A stretch of 64,000 bases of DNA from a virus: positions 1-64,000 of the IMG/VR virus record IMGVR_UViG_3300009594_000003. One strand, 5' to 3'. The translations under genes were made by a program, and so were the position numbers. Below the pieces are notes generated by a model, which made no database searches, had not been told where the DNA came from, and was given only the letters and a program-made list of their open reading frames with translations. Positions 1-9,180 of this stretch are shown here, piece after piece. Each line of letters opens with the position of its first letter. Position 1 is the first letter of the stretch.

Positions 1-42
1 CAGGTTCTAGAACCTGCGACAGACAGCTAACCGGGATAAACA

Positions 43-1107
43 ATGAAAATCGAGGAAGATGTCAAGCTCGACTTCTGTGATGTGCTTATCAAGCCTAAGC
101 GATCCCAGGCCCCCAGCCGATCTAAAATACTGCTCGAACGAACCTACAAATTCAAGCGTTCGAGTTTTTCTTGGACGGGAATCCCGATCATTGCCTCGAA
201 CATGGATACGGTGGGAACCATCCCGATGGCGAACGCCCTCTCTAAATTCGGCCTGATGACGTGTCTCCACAAGTTCATCCCGGTCGATGATCTATATAGG
301 TTTTTCGCCGAAACCGAAAAAGACGAAGAAAGAATAGCGGCGGCGTACCATACCTTCTACACGATGGGGATTACGGACGAGGATGTAGCTAAGCTCAAGA
401 AATTGCTGGAACTCGGTTGCCCTCCGGTGAAGGTGTGCATCGACGTTGCCAATGGCTACACAGAGTATTTCCAAGACAAGGTGAAGGAAATACGGGAGAG
501 GTATCTGCCGCATGCCATTATCATGGCTGGCAATGTCGCAACGCCTGAGATGGTACAAGAACTCATCATCTCTGGAACCGTTGATATCGTAAAGGTAGGA
601 ATCGGGCCTGGGTCCGTGTGTACTACCCGGAAAGCAACTGGCGTCGGCTATCCACAGCTTAGTGCCGTGATCGAGTGTGCGGATGCTGCCCACGGTCTCG
701 GCGGCTATATCTGTGCGGATGGTGGATGTGTGACGACCGGCGATATCTGCAAGGCATTCGGTGCCGGGGCAGATTTCGTTATGATCGGAGGGATGTTAGC
801 GGGCCATGAAGAATGTTTAGACCGTTGGCATTACACCAAGGAAGGCAAGAAGTACATGCGGTTCTATGGTATGTCCTCCCAAGAGGCTATGGAAAAGTAC
901 ATGAACGGCAAGGCTGCGTACCGGGCGGCAGAAGGCAAAACGGTCGAGATAGATTACCGTGGCCCTGTGTTGCCAGCAGTCGAGGAAATTTTGGGAGGGT
1001 TGAGGAGTGCCTGTGCCTACATTGGGGCTATGCGTCTGAAGGATTTCAGCAAATGTTGCACGTTTGTGAAGGTCAACCGGACCCACAACGTATCTTTTGG
1101 GGATTAG
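43..1107 (+). CDS. guaC: GMP reductase (IMPDH/GMPR family)
   Basis: LDFxDVLIKPKRS start, IIASNMDTVGT, catalytic KVGIGPGSVCTTR, ADGG, FYGMSS; no CBS domains. Confidence 0.93.
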   Translation: MKIEEDVKLDFCDVLIKPKRSQAPSRSKILLERTYKFKRSSFSWTGIPIIASNMDTVGTIPMANALSKFGLMTCLHKFIPVDDLYRFFAETEKDEERIAAAYHTFYTMGITDEDVAKLKKLLELGCPPVKVCIDVANGYTEYFQDKVKEIRERYLPHAIIMAGNVATPEMVQELIISGTVDIVKVGIGPGSVCTTRKATGVGYPQLSAVIECADAAHGLGGYICADGGCVTTGDICKAFGAGADFVMIGGMLAGHEECLDRWHYTKEGKKYMRFYGMSSQEAMEKYMNGKAAYRAAEGKTVEIDYRGPVLPAVEEILGGLRSACAYIGAMRLKDFSKCCTFVKVNRTHNVSFGD

Positions 1108-1189
1108 GATGCAGTGGCTAGTTTTGCTTCTAGCAGCAGTGCTTTACACCGGCTCGGTCTACTTCACGTTTAGCGATAAACACAAAAAC

Positions 1190-1560
1190 ACCACCCTAAA
1201 GGGTCGGGGCTTGCCATTCCAACTCTAAGCAACCTTTAACAGTTGTTTAGCGGACGACAATAGGCTGGTTGACAACAGCCCTTTATTCCTAATGTTCTTC
1301 GCACCGTTGAAATCAGCATGGTCAGTATGTCCACACAATTTACAGCAAAACTTGGCTTGCTTACGGCGATTATCTTTCTCGGTATGACCACAAGCATTGC
1401 ATCTCTGCGACGTATATGCAGGGTCAACTAAGATGACTGGCACACCAGCCAGTGCTGCCTTGTAAATAATGAAACTACGCAGTTGGTAGAACGCTCAACT
1501 TAATCTTTCTGCTCGTTGAGACTTCCGTACTGTTGTCCTTTCGTTGATATGCGTCAGGAC
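1190..1560 (-). mobile_element. tnpB: IS200/IS605-family remnant: TnpB C-terminus plus right-end hairpin
   Basis: VDPAYTSQRC..CGH...F.C..CG..DHAD.NGAKNI Zn-ribbon/RuvC-III motif; minus-strand AAGCCCCGACCCTTTAGGGTGG end at about 1191-1213; 5' part missing. Confidence 0.8.
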
Positions 1561-1593
1561 TCGAAGTCGGTAATAAAGAAATCGGGGTGATTC

Positions 1594-1884
1594 CTAGTTA
1601 CGTCGATTACAATGGAATTGAAGCTGCGTCGATAATGTCGCATGAACGAGACTAGGTTGAAAAACTACCAAGCAAGTCAATACCATGCTTGCTGTTGGCA
1701 AGCAGGCACCTTCTATCTCGTGTAATTTGTCCGAAGGAAAGTCTGAAAGCCTGAACGATTCGTGAGCTTGCCCAAAAGTATAAACATCTACTTTATGTCC
1801 ATCTTTCAACAATCTCTCGATTAACGCATAAGCTCTTCCGGCGTGGCCCATGCTTTCGTCGCATATTTCATAAAACACTTTCAT
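1594..1884 (-). pseudogene. Truncated MJ1255/MurG-like glycosyltransferase N-terminus
   Basis: MKVFYEICDESMGHAGRA resembles YG(V/I)CGEGMGHA.R with three Gly lost by single G-to-A changes; cut off next to the IS remnant. Confidence 0.6.
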
Positions 1885-1951
1885 CTTTGTCCTCTATCTA
1901 GCGAACTAAGACTACATGTTATATGAAACATGCGTAAAGAACAAGTATAAA

Positions 1952-1980
1952 CAAAAAGCCCGGCTTTCGCCGGGCTTTTC
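1952..1980. terminator. Intrinsic terminator (GC hairpin with A and T tails)
   Basis: AAAAAGCCCGGC-TTTC-GCCGGGCTTTT. Confidence 0.8.
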
Positions 1981-1984
1981 TATA

Positions 1985-2305
1985 TCACTTACCGCATGTA
2001 CATTTAGGATCGCCGCATGGCTTTTGATCCTTCACGCCGCAAACGCAGCCGTTCTTACATGCCTCACAAGAGCACTCGCACACCTTCGGCATAACCAGAG
2101 GCGTTTTGCAGCAGCCCTGGGCATCGCAGCATCCCTTCTTATCGTGAGGGTTGCAGCAGGAATCACAGCATCTACAGCAGTCGCAAGGATTGCACTTCTC
2201 ACAGTTGCAGCAGCACTCCTTGCCTGTGGTTGAGACCAAGTAGCTCAAAAGAAACGAGCCGACCATCAAGCCAATAACCAGTACGAACTTTCCAAATCTA
2301 CCCAT
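1985..2305 (-). CDS. Cys-rich metallothionein-like protein with N-terminal signal or TM helix
   Basis: hydrophobic N-terminus followed by dense CCC, CxC and CxxC clusters. Confidence 0.65.
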   Translation of the reverse strand: MGRFGKFVLVIGLMVGSFLLSYLVSTTGKECCCNCEKCNPCDCCRCCDSCCNPHDKKGCCDAQGCCKTPLVMPKVCECSCEACKNGCVCGVKDQKPCGDPKCTCGK

Positions 2306-2347
2306 AGTATGTTACCTCAACTTTCGAGTGTGTATGTATATATCCAT

Positions 2348-2650
2348 CTAGTTGATGGTATTGACGCACCCGGCTGCGTTTTCAATCAACTCGATGTAAT
2401 AATCATCTAGGTTGCCCACACCTAGTTCTTGTTCGCCGTAACCATTAGAGCAGAGTAGATTCCTCATCCTCATACCCCATCAGAAATGATGGCCGCCCCA
2501 CCACTTGTCAGGACTTTTCTTGTGTTCGTGGCGAATGACTTCGACGAGGGACTTCCCCACCAGTTCTTTATCGTCCGCTTCGTCCACTTTGGTTTTCGCC
2601 ATATAGTGACCGAGCCAGCGGACACACGATTTTGCTACTTCATAGTTCAT
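2348..2650 (-). pseudogene. Hypothetical protein interrupted by one in-frame TGA
   Basis: manual translation MNYEVAKS...KWWGGHHF*WGMRMRNLL...NLDDYYIELIE; TGA at 2480-2482 in a single frame. Confidence 0.55.
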
Positions 2651-2791
2651 ATAGAAACTCTCTATTCACTAGCTAGTAGTTAGTGTACCAAAAAAGAAAT
2701 CCCGGCTGCAATAAACAAGCTGTTTTGGGTTTGAGCTTCCCATCTGCACTGGCCTGTGCTATGATCTGAACTCCTAAAAAGGAGGAAAAAT

Positions 2792-3118
2792 ATGCATCTT
2801 CCAGACGAACCTCTCCCCGCCCAGAGTGTCAAAGATACGGCGACTGAGGCTCAGTTGAGCTTCCTCAAGAGCCTGGGATACACTGGGCCAGCGAACATCA
2901 CGAAAGAGGCGGCGTCGAAGGAAATCGACCGCCTGAAGAAACTGCCTCGTGACAACCACCCGGCCACGGAAAAGCAAATCAACTTTTTGCGGACGCTGGG
3001 CTACACAGGGCCAGCGAACATTAGCAAGGGCGAAGCCTCGAAGAAAATCGAGGAATTGAAGGGCAAGGCGAAAGACAAGTCATCAGGCCCCGACGAGCAT
3101 GTACCGGATTGGCTATGA
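2792..3118 (+). CDS. Small protein with two ATE(A/K)Q..FL..LGYTGPANI.K..AS..I..LK repeats
   Basis: AGGAGG RBS; internal duplication of about 40 aa. Confidence 0.8.
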   Translation: MHLPDEPLPAQSVKDTATEAQLSFLKSLGYTGPANITKEAASKEIDRLKKLPRDNHPATEKQINFLRTLGYTGPANISKGEASKKIEELKGKAKDKSSGPDEHVPDWL

Positions 3119-3636
3119 CCGAGACTCGGAACATCATCGACTACTACCATTACTGGACCACCGAGGCAATCAAGGCAGACCTCGACCAGAAGCGAAATAA
3201 TTTTTCCATTCTGGTTTCCAACCAGTTCAACGACTTCAACCTGGGAACAGTGATCCGTTGCTCCAATGCGTTCTTGGCGAAGGAAGTCATCATCTACGGG
3301 CGGAAGTCCTACGACCGCCGAGGTACAGTCGGTACACATCTGTATGAAAATTTGCGACATGTTAGGTGGATTGACGAACTTGTTATTCCAGAAAATTCCT
3401 TGATCGTCGGTATTGACAACCTGCCTGGGGCGGTGCCCCTGGAGACGTTCGACTGGCCCGCTGATCGCCATGTGGTGATGACTTTAGGCCAGGAGCAACT
3501 TGGCCTCCCAGAAGAGGTTGCATCGATTTGCGAACATCTGGTTTATATCAAGCAGTACGGCAGTGTGCGAAGTTTGAATGTCGGAGTGGCGGCAGGAATC
3601 GCCATGTACGACTACTGCCGGAAGGTTTTAGGTTGA
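3115..3636 (+). CDS. SpoU/TrmH-family RNA 2'-O-methyltransferase
   Basis: N.GTVIR..NAF, LGQE..G and SLNVGVAAGIAMY SPOUT motifs; ATGA overlap with upstream gene. Confidence 0.9.
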   Translation: MTETRNIIDYYHYWTTEAIKADLDQKRNNFSILVSNQFNDFNLGTVIRCSNAFLAKEVIIYGRKSYDRRGTVGTHLYENLRHVRWIDELVIPENSLIVGIDNLPGAVPLETFDWPADRHVVMTLGQEQLGLPEEVASICEHLVYIKQYGSVRSLNVGVAAGIAMYDYCRKVLG

Positions 3637-3660
3637 CTGTTGCTAGCGACGGTTTACAAT
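3633..3660 (+). promoter_or_regulatory. Sigma70-like early promoter
   Basis: TTGACT-N16-TACAAT upstream of the ORF at 3710. Confidence 0.55.
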
Positions 3661-3709
3661 TCAAGGATGAATACATTACCGAGTCCTACCTTCAGAAAGG
3701 AACGATCAA

Positions 3710-4705
3710 ATGGCCGGATCGAAAAACGAAGCCTTTACGTTCGACTCCAGCGATATGCCCAAGATGAGGGGCACTCCGGAGATCGTGCGGCTGGTCCCAG
3801 AGAAGCCGACTAGCGAGCAAAAGCATCCGGTCATGGAAGCCGAGAGTTTGTTGGAGATCAACTTCTTCAACAAGCAACGGAACATCATGCCGAAGCGACT
3901 TGAAGAACTGGCAAGGAAAATCGAGGACGGCAGGTTCCACGTCAACACCATCTGCATCGCCCACCTGAAGTTCGACTACGAAGGCTACAAGAAACTGCTC
4001 ATGAATGGGCAGCACACCGCCCATGCCGTGATTTCCACGAAAAAGCCTGTCTGGTCGGTCCTGATCGAGTTCAACGTCGAGAACATCAGGCAACTCTGCT
4101 GTCTCTGGGCACAATTCGACCCGCCCGGTGGTGACCGTACCCCGCAACAGATCGCCAACGCCTTCGTGGAAGTTCTTGGAGACCGCAAGTGGACGAAGCA
4201 ATCCATCAATAAATGCTCGTCCGCCGTAGCCGTGGTCCACAAGGGATCGTTCAGCTACGGTGCCAACACCACCGTAGACGAACGAATCGAACTGCTGATG
4301 TCCAAGAACTACATCTCTCACGCCAACTTCGCCAGAAACATCGTCTTCGACAAGGGCGAGGCTGACGATGTTCGTTTCCTCAGCCGAATCGCTACCCTGG
4401 CTGCCATCGTGAAAACACACCAAGTCAATCAGAAAGACGCCCAATTCTTCTGGACTCGTGTACGTGACGGCGGCGAGGTCTCGGCCAGCCATCCAGCCCT
4501 GGTCCTGCGAGACCTTCTGCAAACCGCAGCCTTCGGCAACACCAAGGCTACAGGCAAGAAGCGGCTTACCAGCCATGAAGCCTACATCCGTTGTGCCCAG
4601 GCATGGGTCGCCTACCGCAGCGGTGTCAAGAATGGCTTTAAGTTCTCGAAGTCTGCTCCTGAAAGTATTCCAGACTTCGACTCAGAGAACGCCGAGGCAG
4701 CGTAA
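3710..4705 (+). CDS. ParB-like / DGQHR-type domain protein
   Basis: LLMNGQHT.HAVI motif after RN.....LARKI.DG.F; GC3-rich codon usage. Confidence 0.6.
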   Translation: MAGSKNEAFTFDSSDMPKMRGTPEIVRLVPEKPTSEQKHPVMEAESLLEINFFNKQRNIMPKRLEELARKIEDGRFHVNTICIAHLKFDYEGYKKLLMNGQHTAHAVISTKKPVWSVLIEFNVENIRQLCCLWAQFDPPGGDRTPQQIANAFVEVLGDRKWTKQSINKCSSAVAVVHKGSFSYGANTTVDERIELLMSKNYISHANFARNIVFDKGEADDVRFLSRIATLAAIVKTHQVNQKDAQFFWTRVRDGGEVSASHPALVLRDLLQTAAFGNTKATGKKRLTSHEAYIRCAQAWVAYRSGVKNGFKFSKSAPESIPDFDSENAEAA

Positions 4706-4725
4706 ACCTTACCAAAAGTTGAAAC

Positions 4726-4762
4726 AAAAAAGGCCCCGGTGGGCAACCACCGGGGCCTTTTC
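4726..4762. terminator. Intrinsic terminator
   Basis: AAAAAAGGCCCCGGTGG-GCAA-CCACCGGGGCCTTTT. Confidence 0.85.
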
Positions 4763-4799
4763 TATTGATTCAGCCAGGGACTAATGCGAAAATAGATTC

Positions 4800-5171
4800 A
4801 TGCTAGATGAAAGAATACAGAAACTCATCGAGGACCAAAAGAACTCTAATGGCATAGACATCAGGCGGCTCCCCATCGGCACGAGGATCAGGGTGAGGAC
4901 TAGAAACACCGTCTATCACATGATTATCCGAGGGGATAGAGAAGTAACCGTGCGGGGCGGTAGGTATTTCCCCTTCCCTACCAGGACTTATCTTCCAGGC
5001 TCGACTTGGGGCGGCTCAATGTTGATGGTGGGCTGGATCGGGCACTCCATGAACATAGAGCTTCACCATCCATTGACCGATAAGATCGTTACGACCACTA
5101 GCGTTCAGGAGGCCGAGGTTATTGGCCAGAACTGGAAGTACCAGATGGATTGGCAAGTCGATGAACCATGA
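4800..5171 (+). CDS. Hypothetical protein
   Basis: 123-aa ORF with natural-looking RVRTRNTVY and GSTWGGSML motifs. Confidence 0.65.
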   Translation: MLDERIQKLIEDQKNSNGIDIRRLPIGTRIRVRTRNTVYHMIIRGDREVTVRGGRYFPFPTRTYLPGSTWGGSMLMVGWIGHSMNIELHHPLTDKIVTTTSVQEAEVIGQNWKYQMDWQVDEP

Positions 5172-5709
5172 ACGGAGGCAGGTGCGGCATAACCAGTGCC
5201 AGGAACTGTTTTGAATATAGGTCTTCTAGTCTGATTCTGAAGTTGCCCCTCTCCTTAATTACTTCGCACTCGAAGCCACATTCCCTGAAATAGTTTGCGA
5301 TCAAGTTGGAATCTTCTTTCCAGATGTGGGTGTTAAGAACTACTCGTCCCTTGTCCATCTTCCCGCAGTCGCCGAACCAGACCGCCCAGGCGACATCCTT
5401 CAGCGGGTCGAGGTTCTCCTTGCGGAGCTTCCTCTTCTTGCCTTTGTAGAACTTGGTTCTGAAGTCGTTGAAAATAGGGTAACACAGGGAATGCCATCTA
5501 TTCGTCTTCTCTATAGTCACAGGCTCAGAGGAGGCCAACGACGACAATTCCGCAGCCTTGTGGTCTAACCACAGGCCATCCTTGCTTCTCATCGACAGGT
5601 AGCAGTTCTTGCCCCTCGTAGGCTTTATGATAGACGAGCCGCCGAGTATTGTGCCCGCAATCACCTGCATCTGCCGTGAATCTATGGTTGGGTTGATTAA
5701 GTGAGTCAC
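5119..5709 (-). CDS. Free-standing LAGLIDADG (type 2) homing endonuclease-like protein
   Basis: IAGTILGGSSI and AWAVWFGDCG helices; first acidic residue appears lost. Confidence 0.75.
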   Translation of the reverse strand: MTHLINPTIDSRQMQVIAGTILGGSSIIKPTRGKNCYLSMRSKDGLWLDHKAAELSSLASSEPVTIEKTNRWHSLCYPIFNDFRTKFYKGKKRKLRKENLDPLKDVAWAVWFGDCGKMDKGRVVLNTHIWKEDSNLIANYFRECGFECEVIKERGNFRIRLEDLYSKQFLALVMPHLPPFMVHRLANPSGTSSSGQ

Positions 5710-5821
5710 GCTTTATCTATGCCTCGAATGGTGAATAATTTTTCCGATTGCATCTATAAAAAGAACCCAAGGGTCTAGATACTTGTGAAATTTGGAACTC
5801 TTTTACATGAGGTAATCAAAT

Positions 5822-6178
5822 ATGGGTGCAACATCTGTTACAGGTAAGGGCCGTGGAATGGCTAAGAACCTGAAGGGTCCAGGTAATGAGCGTAACTACT
5901 TCGTTCCGCAAGTTACCCCACACATCGTAATAGCTGGTTCTGTGGCTATTTCTGGTGGTCAGGGTACAGTGACCTTCCCGAACCCTTTGGCTGGTCCTGC
6001 TGCTGATTACGTAGTTATGTTGAACGTAGTTAGCACCGTGGCTGCTGCTCACGGCGTCACCACCCACACCAAGACTGACGTAAACGGCAAGTTCTCTTCG
6101 TTCATCATCAAGACTGAGAATGCAACCGACACAGTTGAGTGGATGGTCGTCAAGGCAGGTTACGGCCTAGAAGCCTAA
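5822..6178 (+). CDS. Small putative virion protein
   Basis: GAGG RBS, TAGATA box upstream, strongly biased codons, Gly/Val/Thr-rich, followed by terminator hairpins. Confidence 0.6.
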   Translation: MGATSVTGKGRGMAKNLKGPGNERNYFVPQVTPHIVIAGSVAISGGQGTVTFPNPLAGPAADYVVMLNVVSTVAAAHGVTTHTKTDVNGKFSSFIIKTENATDTVEWMVVKAGYGLEA

Positions 6179-6189
6179 CCTAAATGAAC

Positions 6190-6213
6190 AAGGCCCGCCT
6201 TGCGGCGGGCCTT
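6190..6213 (+). terminator. Terminator hairpin
   Basis: AAGGCCCGCC-TTGC-GGCGGGCCTT; a second hairpin lies at about 6268-6296. Confidence 0.6.
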
Positions 6214-6361
6214 AAATTCCGTAACTGACCTTTCTAATTGCTAAGCACTTATGTGCTGTTACGGGAGGGGCCGGTAGTGGGACGCTACCGGCCCCTTGCT
6301 TTTAACAACGAGTTAATAATATATATCTGAAGTTGAACTTTTTTTCAGCATATGAACTAAG

Positions 6362-6786
6362 CTATTTGAAGTGTTTTTCAATTACAGCCACACCGCATGG
6401 TCGTATTTCACCTAGTTTTACAACCCCAGCGTGAACATGCCTATGGCATATAGCACAAAGGACCACACACTTGTTAATTTCTGCTGCTATGTGTGACAAA
6501 CTCATCCGTACCATCTTAGCCACGCTATTCGATTTGCTGCCTATGTGATGCAAATCTAAATCGACGCCAACGAATTTGCCATCTGGGGTTCATACAGCCG
6601 TAGTAGACCTTGATCGAATTTATAACAGTCAGATTCCGCTTCTTTTCGATGGCCGGGACATGCCTCGATCTCATCTTCGAGATATACCCTCTACCGGGCC
6701 AGCAGTCGCCTTTTGTTCTTCCTGTAGTATTCTTTTGAGTATTCCTTATCTCTTCGTCTTCTCTCTTCGATAGACTTATATGGCAT
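6362..6786 (-). pseudogene. Decayed HNH endonuclease
   Basis: MPYKSIEERR... with an internal TAG and frameshift; C-terminal LDLHH...EINKCVVLCAICHRHVH. Confidence 0.7.
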
Positions 6787-7286
6787 TAGTTAATAACTCC
6801 AGAATCTACCAGTGCTTGGACGAGCTTCATTAGATGCTTACACATACCTTCTAACTGCAAAGGATTTGCAGGCGGGCCTCCTTTAGACTCGTATTTTTTC
6901 GGCTTTCTGCCAAAAAGACTACGATCTAGGTGGTTGTAGTAAGAAAACCTCCACCTGAAATCAGAGCAGTTACATCTAATCAGGACTTCGTTCTTGGTCA
7001 ATGATGGCTTCTTGAACTCGTACAAAAGTCCATCACTCGCCACTAATTTAACATCAGGGTTGCTATTATACACCACGTTCTTGATGAGAATCAATGATGT
7101 ATATTCTCGGCCTTCGTTTTGGGCCAGCCCCTTTACAAACAACGTCTTCAAACCTAAATATGGAGTCCAATCTATTCTGACGATTTTGATGGGCTGGGTG
7201 GCGTGTTGCCTGAACCTCGTGTTAGGGAAGGCAGCCACGGCACTATTGTAGAGACTCACCAATGTGCTTTCAGCTATCTCGCTCAT
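6786..7286 (-). CDS. SWIM Zn-finger phage protein
   Basis: CNCSDF.....MCKHL; TAAATA box 5 nt before the ATG. Confidence 0.7.
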   Translation of the reverse strand: MSEIAESTLVSLYNSAVAAFPNTRFRQHATQPIKIVRIDWTPYLGLKTLFVKGLAQNEGREYTSLILIKNVVYNSNPDVKLVASDGLLYEFKKPSLTKNEVLIRCNCSDFRWRFSYYNHLDRSLFGRKPKKYESKGGPPANPLQLEGMCKHLMKLVQALVDSGVIN

Positions 7287-7303
7287 ACGGCTATTTATGA
7301 TCT

Positions 7304-7636
7304 GTGGGGAAAGATATGACTATCATTATTCCTGGCGAACCAACTCCTGAAGAAAATACCCCGCTTCACCCCGATGGGAAACCGATGTTGCGTTTCGAGG
7401 TAAAAATGCGGAGACACAAGGGCGGTATCCAGAAGGCTATCTTCATAGGTGGCGAGATGCTCGACTGGTCCGTAGATGTGTCGCAAATGATGGACGCTAT
7501 GAACATGGGTCTGGCGTTCTACAGGGCCGTGCAACGTGATATAGAAAAACATTTCGTAGAAAGCGTGAGTGAATTCATTGGTAGGAAAGTGACTCCAGAG
7601 GACATCAAGAAAGCTATCAAAGAAGGGTGGATTTAA
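7304..7636 (+). CDS. Hypothetical protein
   Basis: 110-aa ORF coupled by TAATG to the next gene. Confidence 0.65.
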   Translation: MGKDMTIIIPGEPTPEENTPLHPDGKPMLRFEVKMRRHKGGIQKAIFIGGEMLDWSVDVSQMMDAMNMGLAFYRAVQRDIEKHFVESVSEFIGRKVTPEDIKKAIKEGWI

Positions 7637-8898
7637 TGGACGCAAATCGAGTACATGATATCCTGTCGAAGAAAATCTGTTACCATCCAGAAGCGATAGT
7701 GATTGACCAAGACCTCAGTATAGGTTCTTGGCTCTTCGATCTAAGAGATGGTACGGAGTACCTCGATCTGTTTTCTCAATTTGCCAGTCAGCCATTGGGC
7801 TGGAACCACCCAAAACTACTCGCACAACAGGACCGTCTGGGCAGGGCAGCACTCTACAAAATCGCCAACCCCGACATGTACTCTGTAGAACTAGCACAGT
7901 TTGTCGAGGCGTGGTCCTCGATCACACCAGACTTTGACCATCATTTTTTCATCGACACTGGCACCTTGGCGGTCGAGAATGCCCTGAAAGCAGCATTCGA
8001 TTGGAAAGCTCAATTGATGGGACTTAAGCAAGATTCTGCGGCTGACGAACTTCAAGTTATTCACTTCACCCAGGCTTTTCACGGCAGGAGTGGTTATACA
8101 CTATCTCTTACGAACAACATACACAACCCCCTCAAAACTAAGTTCTTTCCCAAGTGGCAAACATGGCCGAGAATCGGGGCACCCAGAGTAATCGAACACA
8201 ATTTACGAGAAACCGAGCGACTAGAAGGCATCGCACTAGATGATATCCGCTGGCATCTGGCTGGTGGTAAAATGGCAGCTATCATCATAGAGACCATTCA
8301 AGGCGAAGGCGGCGACAACCATTTCAGAGGCGAATTCTTACGAGAACTTCGGACCCTAGCAAGCGACAACGAGGCTATGCTGATCTTTGACGAAGTACAA
8401 TGTGGCATCGGGCTAACCGGCAAGATGTGGGCATACGAGCATTTCGATGTAGTACCAGACATCATTGCTTTTGGAAAGAAATCTCAGGTTTGCGGTATAT
8501 CTTCCACAAGTAGAATTGATCTAGTAATTGACAACGTATTCGAGAATCCGTCTAGAATCAATTCTACCTGGGGAGGTAATACGGTAGACATGGTTAGGGC
8601 AACCATCCTGATAGAAATCATCAAGGAGGAAAATCTAGTTCAGAATGCGGCCTTGGTGGGATCGTACTTCCTAGAAAAGCTCAAAACGTTAGGATTCGAG
8701 AATACTAGAGGCCGAGGTTTAATGATAGCTTTCGATGTGAAAGACAAACCAGAACGAGATGCCTTGATCCATAGGATGAAACAAAATAGAATACTTGCAT
8801 TAGCTTGTGGTGGTAGATCAATCCGGTTTAGACCACATCTAACATTCTCGCAACAAGATGCTGATGAAGCCGTAGAGAGGATCAGGAAGTCTATATGA
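7636..8898 (+). CDS. lat: L-lysine 6-transaminase (class III PLP aminotransferase)
   Basis: YLDLFSQFASQPLG.NHP, AVENALKAAFDWK, AFHGRSGYTLSLT, IQGEGGDNHF, FDEVQ, FGKK, SRINSTWGG. Confidence 0.88.
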   Translation: MDANRVHDILSKKICYHPEAIVIDQDLSIGSWLFDLRDGTEYLDLFSQFASQPLGWNHPKLLAQQDRLGRAALYKIANPDMYSVELAQFVEAWSSITPDFDHHFFIDTGTLAVENALKAAFDWKAQLMGLKQDSAADELQVIHFTQAFHGRSGYTLSLTNNIHNPLKTKFFPKWQTWPRIGAPRVIEHNLRETERLEGIALDDIRWHLAGGKMAAIIIETIQGEGGDNHFRGEFLRELRTLASDNEAMLIFDEVQCGIGLTGKMWAYEHFDVVPDIIAFGKKSQVCGISSTSRIDLVIDNVFENPSRINSTWGGNTVDMVRATILIEIIKEENLVQNAALVGSYFLEKLKTLGFENTRGRGLMIAFDVKDKPERDALIHRMKQNRILALACGGRSIRFRPHLTFSQQDADEAVERIRKSI

Positions 8899-9148
8899 AC
8901 AGAAGGTCGTTTCTAAAAAGTGTTGCTGGTCTACGGCGGCTGTCGCCGTACCTGTGGCTACTGTATCGGCATTAGCCAATCCAGTAGTGGTTGAGAACCG
9001 CAGACTGAAAGCAAGATGGTCGATGGAAGCTGCTCAGGACTTGCGTGCCATGCACAATCTAGCCGCCGAGGGAGAACTTTGCGAAATCATGTCCAAAGCA
9101 ATCAACGAAGAAATAGATCGAGAGATCATGCGGTCCCTAGCTGCCTAA
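8895..9148 (+). pseudogene. Tat-signal mini-protein carrying a T4 gp23 major-capsid motif (one frameshift)
   Basis: MNRRSFLKSVAGL from 8895, then a shifted frame AAVAVPVATVSALANP..RRLKARWSMEAAQDLRAMHNLAAEGEL.EIMS..I.EEIDREI. Confidence 0.65.
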
Positions 9149-9150
9149 AA

Positions 9151-9179
9151 CAAAAGCCCGCCTTACGGCGGGCTTTTTC
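9151..9179. terminator. Bidirectional terminator between convergent genes
   Basis: AAAAGCCCGCC-TTAC-GGCGGGCTTTTT. Confidence 0.85.
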
Positions 9180-9180
9180 A

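Noticed and set aside
3692-4576. Long antisense ORFs (also 26864-27508, 40489-41094, 53539-54273, 57558-58220)
   Set aside because: They are shadows of codon-biased or low-complexity genes on the other strand, with no RBS or motifs.
5119-5709. Group I intron or intein around the LAGLIDADG ORF
   Set aside because: It has its own late box and start codon, no split host gene flanks it, and there are no intein terminal residues.
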